Virus record (IMG/VR): IMGVR_UViG_3300014059_000005
Coordinates: 32,001-96,000 of that record
From: a virus
Taxonomy: Duplodnaviria > Caudoviricetes
Strand: one strand, 5' to 3'
Length of the DNA: 64,000 nucleotides
Under the pieces are notes generated by a model. That model had not been told where the DNA came from and did no database searches. It saw only the letters and a program-made list of their open reading frames with translations. The position numbers were made by a program, and so were the translations under genes. Of this stretch, positions 58,010 through 64,000 are shown one piece after another. Position 1 is the stretch's first letter, and the number at the start of each line of letters is the position of its first letter.

Positions 58010-58191
58010 TTCGATCTCTTTCTGAGGATTGCTCGGAATCCCAGGCCGTTTTCCCGATACGTTGGTGTATACCTGTGGCGGTACACCGACCGGCAGAACT
58101 GGCCGATGTTGACCCAGCAACCACCCCGGATCGTCTGGAACACCCGGTAGGAGCCCAGGGTGATTGATCCAGGTTTAGCAATCCGGATCAT
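58006..58191 (-). CDS. Variable CLec/FGE mini-cassette G
   Basis: MIRIAKPGSITLGSYRVFQTIRGGCWVNIGQFCRSVYRHRYTPTYRENGLGFRAILRKRSK. Confidence 0.8.
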   Translation of the reverse strand: MIRIAKPGSITLGSYRVFQTIRGGCWVNIGQFCRSVYRHRYTPTYRENGLGFRAILRKRSK

Positions 58192-58373
58192 TAGCCTCTC
58201 TTTCTGAGGATTACCCGGAAGCCCAGATCGTCGTACCGGAACGCTGGTCTGTATCCGATGCGGTACGACGACCTATAGTTCTCGCCGACGCAGGCCCAAC
58301 TACCGCCCCGGATCGCCCAGATCACCCAGTGGGAGCCCAGGGTGATAGGTCTAGGTCTAGCAATCAGGATCAT
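58191..58373 (-). CDS. Variable CLec/FGE mini-cassette F
   Basis: MILIARPRPITLGSHWVIWAIRGGSWACVGENYRSSYRIGYRPAFRYDDLGFRVILRKRG; GAGGAG RBS. Confidence 0.8.
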   Translation of the reverse strand: MILIARPRPITLGSHWVIWAIRGGSWACVGENYRSSYRIGYRPAFRYDDLGFRVILRKRG

Positions 58374-58450
58374 TTGTCTCTCCTCTTTCCTTGCTGTGTC
58401 ACAACTATGCACCAGGAATTCGGAAAGTCAAATGAAAATGAAGAGTTCGG

Positions 58451-58780
58451 CTACAGCTTCCTGCGGTTGCGAAGTTCCGCATCCCCACCACAGAAGCGGC
58501 ACAGCTTGTGCTTCGTGGCGCAATTGGTACAGAGCACATCCACACAGGTGTTGCCATAGTGCATCTCCGTCTTGCACATTCCACACAGGGCTACGGTACA
58601 CATGGCACCACCGATACGGCCCCGCATGTAGTGGCAAACCCGGCACATGCATTTCTTCTTGCGGATCTCCAGATCGGGATCTTCGTAGCACTTTTTGACA
58701 GAATCGTAATATGCCTGTGAATAATTCGTCGCTCTCAAAACGGCACAGAGATCCCAGGGTTTGTAGATTGGCTCTCGCAT
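58451..58780 (-). CDS. Cys-rich zinc-finger protein
   Basis: CRVC, CGMC, CTNC, CRFC pairs. Confidence 0.65.
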   Translation of the reverse strand: MREPIYKPWDLCAVLRATNYSQAYYDSVKKCYEDPDLEIRKKKCMCRVCHYMRGRIGGAMCTVALCGMCKTEMHYGNTCVDVLCTNCATKHKLCRFCGGDAELRNRRKL

Positions 58781-59382
58781 GATAATAAACTCTTGCGAAT
58801 CTTGTTCAGGGCGTTGACATGGGACTGACTCACTGCTGATCGGGACACTCCCAGGCCATCGGCAATGTCGCACAGCCGTCTACCCTTGAGGTAGTGTTCT
58901 TCCAGTACGAATCGCTGATAGGGCTTCAGGACGGACAGGAGGGACTCACAAAGATCGGCATCGTCCAGGGTTCGCTTCCAGGAGCAATCGATGACAGGGA
59001 GGGCCTTGGGGTCATAGGGGACTCGGGTGGGCAATGGATAGACGACCTTGGCCTCGAAACTGCTCTTGCTCATGGGATGGTGTAGACTGCGAATATATCG
59101 CTGTATCTGGTTGCGGACACTCCTCCAGGCGTAAGTGCCGAAGCGGACCCCATGCCTGGAGTCATAGTTCCTGGCACATCTCCAGAGTGCCACATCCGCT
59201 ACCTGGACCAGTTCCTCGTAATCGAAGCACATCCCCAGGAATCTACCGTATTGGAGTGCCTTCTTGGCCAGGATTCTGGAGACTCCACGGTTCTCGGACC
59301 AGAGTAGTTCGATCCGGAGTCTCTCTTCTTCGGCGGACTTGCTCGTGGATTCTTTCGTGGACTTGCTCGTGGATTTGCTCAT
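58735..59382 (-). CDS. Sigma-70 family sigma factor (second copy)
   Basis: EELVQVADVALWRCARNYDSRHGVRFGTYAW; LCDIADGLGVSRSAVSQSHVNALNKIR. Confidence 0.85.
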   Translation of the reverse strand: MSKSTSKSTKESTSKSAEEERLRIELLWSENRGVSRILAKKALQYGRFLGMCFDYEELVQVADVALWRCARNYDSRHGVRFGTYAWRSVRNQIQRYIRSLHHPMSKSSFEAKVVYPLPTRVPYDPKALPVIDCSWKRTLDDADLCESLLSVLKPYQRFVLEEHYLKGRRLCDIADGLGVSRSAVSQSHVNALNKIRKSLLSCESQSTNPGISVPF

Positions 59383-59401
59383 GACCGTGTACCCGAATCC
59401 C

Positions 59402-59434
59402 AAAGAGAGGGGGACACAACCGCCCCCTCTCTTT
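59402..59434. terminator. Hairpin/terminator
   Basis: AAAGAGAGGGGG-N9-CCCCCTCTCTTT perfect 12-bp stem. Confidence 0.65.
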
Positions 59435-59442
59435 CGCGAAGG

Positions 59443-59625
59443 TCACTTCTTGCTGGGTTTGGGTGCCAGTAACTTGGCGAGCAATTCCAGGGCCTTGTGT
59501 GTGGGCAATTCGGACAGGATCTTCCAGGATACGGCGTGGACTCGGGACACGTCCGCCACACCGATCTTGGTCTTCTCGGTGTCCACCTCGCTGGCCACGG
59601 CATTCTTGAACTCGGTCGGGGTCAT
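59443..59625 (-). CDS. Small basic helical protein (possibly HU-like N-terminal helices)
   Basis: MTPTEFKNAVASEV....IGVADVSRV; ATGA coupled. Confidence 0.55.
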   Translation of the reverse strand: MTPTEFKNAVASEVDTEKTKIGVADVSRVHAVSWKILSELPTHKALELLAKLLAPKPSKK

Positions 59626-60272
59626 CGGTCTATCTCGTGAGATTCAGAAGATATCTCCGGGGTCACATATTCGGTCCCGGAGTCCACAGGTCGGGTACGG
59701 ACCACGCTGCCCGTTACCAGCCTACGATTGTGGGTCACGAACAGGATCTGGAGTCCTAATTCTCTGGAGAGAGTCTCCAGGAGGAACCTCACTCGATCCT
59801 GGTATTCCTCGGAGACGAAGCGAAAGGGCTCGTCCAGGGCCAGGAATGTTCGTCTCCTGGTTCTGGATAATAACAGACAGGCCAGCCTCAGGGCAAAGGC
59901 ACTGACATCGATTACACCACCTCCACAGGACCCCAAGGGGTCCTCGACCTCTCTACCATGATCGAGAAGGGTGAGTGTAGCCTCGGTGCGGCCACGCTTG
60001 TCCTCGAAATCGATTCGCAGGGAATAGGTATCCTTGCCGAATACTGCTTCCAGGCATCTGGAGGCTATCTCGGAGACTCTACCGTGGCAGGCCTCCTGAA
60101 CCTGAACCGCAACTTCCTGGGCGATGGAGAGAGACTTTTTCAGGTGTTCCTGCTCCTGGATCAATTCCTGGGATCTGGAGGACTCACTGGAAGTATTCTT
60201 GATGGCAACCTGGTATTCCATCAGGAGAGGTCGCAATTGATTCCGATAACGATCCAGGGCGGTAGGCGTCAT
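59622..60272 (-). CDS. SbcC/Rad50-like ATPase, C-terminal half
   Basis: Coiled coil, then signature SCGGG, Walker B LALDEPF, H-loop LFVTHN. Confidence 0.85.
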   Translation of the reverse strand: MTPTALDRYRNQLRPLLMEYQVAIKNTSSESSRSQELIQEQEHLKKSLSIAQEVAVQVQEACHGRVSEIASRCLEAVFGKDTYSLRIDFEDKRGRTEATLTLLDHGREVEDPLGSCGGGVIDVSAFALRLACLLLSRTRRRTFLALDEPFRFVSEEYQDRVRFLLETLSRELGLQILFVTHNRRLVTGSVVRTRPVDSGTEYVTPEISSESHEIDR

Positions 60273-60445
60273 GAGGTTTTCTTTCTGAGGATTACCCGGA
60301 AGTCCAGATCGCTGAACCGGAACGTCGGCTCGAGCCTGCCACGGTACGCCGACCGGCAGTTCCGGCCGCTGCTGCTCCAGCCGCCGCCCTGGATCACCCG
60401 GCCAGAGCCCTGTAGGATCGGCCTAGGTCTAGCGATGAGGATCAT
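60269..60445 (-). CDS. Variable CLec/FGE mini-cassette E
   Basis: MILIARPRPILQGSGRVIQGGGWSSSGRNCRSAYRGRLEPTFRFSDLDFRVILRKKTS. Confidence 0.8.
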   Translation of the reverse strand: MILIARPRPILQGSGRVIQGGGWSSSGRNCRSAYRGRLEPTFRFSDLDFRVILRKKTS

Positions 60446-60618
60446 GGTGTTCTCTTTCTCAGGATTACCCGGAAGCCCAGGCCGTGGTTCCGAACCGCCG
60501 GCACGTACCTGTGGCAGCGTGCCGACCGGCAGTTCTGGCCGGGGCTGTACCAGCCACCGCCCCGGAACACTGAGAGGGAGCCCTGGATAATTGATCTAGG
60601 CCTAGCAATCAGGATCAT
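60442..60618 (-). CDS. Variable CLec/FGE mini-cassette D
   Basis: MILIARPRSIIQGSLSVFRGGGWYSPGQNCRSARCHRYVPAVRNHGLGFRVILRKRTP. Confidence 0.8.
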   Translation of the reverse strand: MILIARPRSIIQGSLSVFRGGGWYSPGQNCRSARCHRYVPAVRNHGLGFRVILRKRTP

Positions 60619-60791
60619 TTGTCTCTCTTTCTGAGGATTACTCGAAAGCCCCGGCTAAGATAGCGGAACGACGCAAAATATCTATAGCGGCGTGTCAATC
60701 CACAGGTCCCATAGCAGCTACGCCAACCACCACCCCGATACACTGGTTCATTTCCTTGAATGCCTGGTTTGGGTCTAACGATCTGGATCAT
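60615..60791 (-). CDS. Variable CLec/FGE mini-cassette C
   Basis: MIQIVRPKPGIQGNEPVYRGGGWRSCYGTCGLTRRYRYFASFRYLSRGFRVILRKRDK. Confidence 0.8.
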   Translation of the reverse strand: MIQIVRPKPGIQGNEPVYRGGGWRSCYGTCGLTRRYRYFASFRYLSRGFRVILRKRDK

Positions 60792-60862
60792 CTGTCTTTC
60801 TTTCTGAGGATTGCCCGGAAGGAGCCCCAGACAATCGGTCTGGGTTTGTTGATCCGGATCAT
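60788..60862 (-). CDS. Empty mini-cassette B (variable core absent)
   Basis: MIRINKPRPIVWGSFRAILRKKDR, with both ATGA overlaps retained. Confidence 0.7.
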   Translation of the reverse strand: MIRINKPRPIVWGSFRAILRKKDR

Positions 60863-61041
60863 TTCATATTCTTTTTCAGGATCAACCGCAATCCAAAGTT
60901 GTTGAACGTGGTTTGTGGAATGTACCCAACACGCCTGGCCGCTCGGCAGGGCCATTCATAGTTGAACCAGCCGGCCCCCCGAACCATGAGTTCTCGGCCC
61001 CGAAAGATCGGTCTAGGTCTAGCGATCAGGATCACGATCAT
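60859..61041 (-). CDS. Variable CLec/FGE mini-cassette A
   Basis: MIVILIARPRPIFRGRELMVRGAGWFNYEWPCRAARRVGYIPQTTFNNFGLRLILKKNMK. Confidence 0.8.
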   Translation of the reverse strand: MIVILIARPRPIFRGRELMVRGAGWFNYEWPCRAARRVGYIPQTTFNNFGLRLILKKNMK

Positions 61042-61430
61042 TTCCCCCGAAGTCTGGGTCCATATTCTTCCTCGAACCTCTGATATTCATCATCGATCGA
61101 ATCTTGCTGATGTCGTAATTGCGCAGCAAGTCTCGTCAATTCCTCCCGGGCGTCCTCCAGGGAGTTACAACCGAACTGAGTTTTCAATCTACGAAGGACT
61201 TCCTGGAGGGCTCCCTGGACCCGATCTCTTTGTCGGGTTACGGTCTCTAGTTGCTCCTGGATAGCACGGTACTCCTCTACCGTGATCCGCTTCGTGGAGA
61301 CCCCCGGTCGATCGCCGTCAGGAGGATCTCCTCCACCCTGGGGTCTTCCGGTTGGATTCGCAGTCTTTGTCTCACGGCCTCCTGATACGACGGTGGTGCG
61401 TCGGGAGCCCTTTTCAGTGTTTCCAGACAT
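61038..61430 (-). CDS. Small coiled-coil protein of the SbcCD operon (start uncertain)
   Basis: RQRDRVQGALQEVLRRLKTQFGCNSLEDAREEL coiled coil. Confidence 0.6.
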   Translation of the reverse strand: MSGNTEKGSRRTTVVSGGRETKTANPTGRPQGGGDPPDGDRPGVSTKRITVEEYRAIQEQLETVTRQRDRVQGALQEVLRRLKTQFGCNSLEDAREELTRLAAQLRHQQDSIDDEYQRFEEEYGPRLRGK

Positions 61431-62245
61431 AGATCGATCTCACCCCCCAGAACCTTCTTTGGTTTTCTGTGATCCTCGGTCAGTACATCCCTGGAGCAAT
61501 CCAGGTAGTGCGGTTCTATGGAATCATCAGAATGATAGATCCACACCCTGGGCTCGTGATCCTTCTGGTCCACGGCCAGCCGCATGAGCGAGCCGCAGTT
61601 GACCACTGGGGGGACCTTCTTCCTGGCGGCAAAGGGTATATGATTGTCCCCCACGAACACCGCGTTGTAGCCCTGGACCATACTCCGCAAGGCATCGAGG
61701 GAGTGGGACTCTGGGGCATCCTTGTATCCCGTACTGTATCCAGCAGTCCTGGTCCAGGTGTAGCGATGTACCACTGCTACTTCCTGGAGCAAGGACACCC
61801 CGCCTGTCAGTGGTTCCGGGTCCTGCCTCCAGGGGAATCCCCAGAGCCTCAGAGGGTGTGCCCCGGGAATTTCCACTGGTTGTCCAAAATGCAGAGGGAT
61901 GACCCTACCAGACAGCACCAGAGTGTGAAACGACGATCTGTGGATTTGTGCGTAACTATGATTGGGTAGGTCGTGATTACCCGCCACGGAGTAGAGTGTC
62001 GGCAGGTACTCCAGGGCGAAGTTCACCAATTCCGGGGGCGAAATGGGAATATCGAATATATCCCCACAGCAGATTACTGGCACCCGGAGAGTGTCAGCAA
62101 GGTTGCGAACCTGGAGGAGAACTCTCTTCTGAGCCTCGTACCAGCTGGGCTCCGACTGTCTGCACACAGGAGGCGTATGCGACAGATGGATATCGGCCAG
62201 GAATATCGCCACCGGAACTACAGGGTAGACCGGCAGAGCGGACAT
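61277..62245 (-). CDS. SbcD/Mre11-like metallophosphoesterase nuclease
   Basis: ADIH, CGDIFD, AGNHD, VVH, GDNH, NCGS motifs. Confidence 0.9.
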   Translation of the reverse strand: MSALPVYPVVPVAIFLADIHLSHTPPVCRQSEPSWYEAQKRVLLQVRNLADTLRVPVICCGDIFDIPISPPELVNFALEYLPTLYSVAGNHDLPNHSYAQIHRSSFHTLVLSGRVIPLHFGQPVEIPGAHPLRLWGFPWRQDPEPLTGGVSLLQEVAVVHRYTWTRTAGYSTGYKDAPESHSLDALRSMVQGYNAVFVGDNHIPFAARKKVPPVVNCGSLMRLAVDQKDHEPRVWIYHSDDSIEPHYLDCSRDVLTEDHRKPKKVLGGEIDLCLETLKRAPDAPPSYQEAVRQRLRIQPEDPRVEEILLTAIDRGSPRSGSR

Positions 62246-63135
62246 ATCTTCACTGCTTGCAGGCGGGAGTTCAGGGAGTCGATTCTCTCCTGGAGGCTTT
62301 CCTGCTCCTGGAGTAGTCCTTCTCCTTGGCCACATAGACTCTCCAACTCGTTTTTGGTATGGATGTACTCCTGGACCAGGAGTACACGATCACGAAGATC
62401 GGTCAGGGGACCGGACACGGTATCGAGAAACCCCAGGAGGTTTCGGAACTGCTCTGCGTCCCGAACAGCGTCTTCCAGGAATCGATGATGCTCGGTCTGG
62501 GTGTCCAGGGCCTCCTGCCGAGCCTGCAAGGCATCCAGGACGTCACAGGCCCCCGACACCCAGGATAGGGATTCGGAAGCCTCCTGAGCCTCCTGGAGAC
62601 GATTGCTGGACTCCAGGAGCGAGGATTTGTTCTGGCGGATTTGCTGGTTGATGTCGGTCAGGGTCTCGTCGATGGACCCCAGATCGATGATCCGGTCCAG
62701 TTCCCTGGCCAGTTGCCCCGGTGTCAGGTGGAACCAGAAGGAGGGGTCATGCTGGAGAGCAAAATTATCCTCACATAGATTCAGAATCTTTGCTACGGGC
62801 TCGGGGGCCTCGTTGGTCTTGAGGGCGTCCAGTCGCTCGCCATCGATCTCGTAGTAGTTACCTGATTTTCCATTCCCTGACTTTCCGTTGCTGGTCTTTC
62901 CCCGGTGACGGATAACTGTGTGTCCGTCGATACGAAGGGTCCCACGAACGAAGTCCGTGCCCTTGGTCCTAAAGGCATCCCCACTGGGTTTGTTATGGGC
63001 GATCCAGCGCAGGAGGCGGATGAGGCTGCTCTTGCCGGAATTGGTAGGCCCCACGATACAGGTGACGTGGGGATCCAGGTCCAGGGTCCATAAGGTGTGG
63101 GCCTGAAAGTTCTCCAGGGTGATGCTTTCTAACAA
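62218..63135 (-). CDS. SbcC/Rad50-like ATPase, N-terminal half ending at the zinc hook
   Basis: LENFQAH, Walker A GPTNSGKS, Q-loop QHD, coiled coil, terminal CPLC. Confidence 0.85.
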   Translation of the reverse strand: MLESITLENFQAHTLWTLDLDPHVTCIVGPTNSGKSSLIRLLRWIAHNKPSGDAFRTKGTDFVRGTLRIDGHTVIRHRGKTSNGKSGNGKSGNYYEIDGERLDALKTNEAPEPVAKILNLCEDNFALQHDPSFWFHLTPGQLARELDRIIDLGSIDETLTDINQQIRQNKSSLLESSNRLQEAQEASESLSWVSGACDVLDALQARQEALDTQTEHHRFLEDAVRDAEQFRNLLGFLDTVSGPLTDLRDRVLLVQEYIHTKNELESLCGQGEGLLQEQESLQERIDSLNSRLQAVKICPLCRSTL

Positions 63136-63137
63136 TA

Positions 63138-63887
63138 CTAGGCCCCCCAGCGAGCACGACGAACCAGAGGCTGTGCCCCCACGCCCAGCATCTCCCAGTC
63201 CTTTTTGGAGGCCTGGGCCTGTTCTTCGGCCCACTTGCACAGATACTCTGCCTGCTTGCTCTGGTTGAGTCCGTGAGCCTGGTAGCACAGGGCTACCGTG
63301 GCCTGGAACAGTTCCAGAGATTCATCCCGATCGCCATAGTAGACCAGATCCTTGATACGGCCCTCGATGGTCTGGACGGTAGGCTGGGGCTGGATCCTCT
63401 CCTGGATATCTTCGAGGATCTCCTTGGGATCGAAGACGAAGTCATCTGGTTCGGCATAGCCATCTTTGGGAAAGGAATCGGGCCAGCGCTTGTGGGCATT
63501 GGCGGTATCGGCAATATCATTATTGCCGTAGGCTTCCCGGGTGTCGGTATTCCAGGGGTTGCCCCTGGTGGGGACATAGAGTCTGAGTTTCTTGCCGTCC
63601 CAGTAGATGATGAAGTAGACCGGATGCTCCCAGTCTCCCCCAGCACGACAGCCCAGGATCTGGAGTCCGTTGGGGAGGACGCGATAGCCCAGGAGATCCT
63701 TGGGAGGGGTGTGATTCTCCTGATGCTCGAAGTTCTCGAAGTCGAATCTTACCTTGAGGTCGAAACTCAATCGCTCGCGGATCAGGTTGGAGTCCAGGTA
63801 GGAGTGTTGTCCATCCTGGGAGTAGAGCCTTCCGACGATCTTCTTGCGGAACTCCTCGGGAGAGATGATCGCGAAGAACCGGGACAT
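63138..63887 (-). CDS. Hypothetical protein
   Basis: 249-aa ORF with AGGAG RBS; AGGDWEHPVYFIIYWDGKKLRLYVP..GNPWN. Confidence 0.7.
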   Translation of the reverse strand: MSRFFAIISPEEFRKKIVGRLYSQDGQHSYLDSNLIRERLSFDLKVRFDFENFEHQENHTPPKDLLGYRVLPNGLQILGCRAGGDWEHPVYFIIYWDGKKLRLYVPTRGNPWNTDTREAYGNNDIADTANAHKRWPDSFPKDGYAEPDDFVFDPKEILEDIQERIQPQPTVQTIEGRIKDLVYYGDRDESLELFQATVALCYQAHGLNQSKQAEYLCKWAEEQAQASKKDWEMLGVGAQPLVRRARWGA

Positions 63888-64000
63888 GAGGGCTCCTGTG
63901 GGAGAGAGGGATTCAAGATGCCTGGGGAATGTCTTGTTTGGTTATTGGCTTGCCCATCTTCCTGGCGATCTCGTAGATACTCCTGGGCTCGCACTTACCA

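Noticed and set aside
55868-61041. CRISPR array interpretation of the ~177-bp periodic repeats
   Set aside because: Constant parts are degenerate and the intervening parts are homologous, in-frame coding sequence; no cas genes are present
55868-64000. Complete DGR (RT, Avd, TR) in the window
   Set aside because: No ORF has RT motifs and no copy has AAC at all variable codons; these could lie outside the window
1-64000. tRNA/rRNA genes or genetic-code reassignment
   Set aside because: No cloverleaf or rRNA recognised by eye; long genes read through under the standard code and all three stops are used

Overview
This window is part of a tailed dsDNA phage genome with an HK97-type head. The likely host is a Planctomycete, inferred from two TIGR02996-like repeat-companion domains. 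The + strand (1 to about 55.8 kb) is a late/virion region. It begins with the portal 3' end, followed by about 32 kb of Ser-Gly-rich fibre/decoration genes, glycosyltransferases, a triple methyltransferase, a sigma factor and two giant head-associated polyproteins. It continues with the prohead protease, major capsid protein, head-tail genes, two tail-tube-like paralogues, a frameshifting tail chaperone, a short tape measure and tail-tip genes. Three free-standing homing endonucleases interrupt this region. The - strand (55.9-64 kb) is an early region with a split SbcC/SbcD (Rad50/Mre11) operon and a second sigma factor. The most striking feature is a set of 14 translationally coupled mini-genes, mostly about 58 aa, in three clusters. 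Thirteen encode a different version of the hypervariable C-terminal segment of an FGE-sulfatase/C-type-lectin fold (RGGxW...CRSAxR...LGFRV) with a DGR-like NNC codon pattern; one has lost that segment. They surround one TIGR02996-FGE scaffold gene that lacks exactly that segment at its C-terminus. No reverse transcriptase or template repeat is visible in the window. All calls come from reading motifs by eye; no database search was run.
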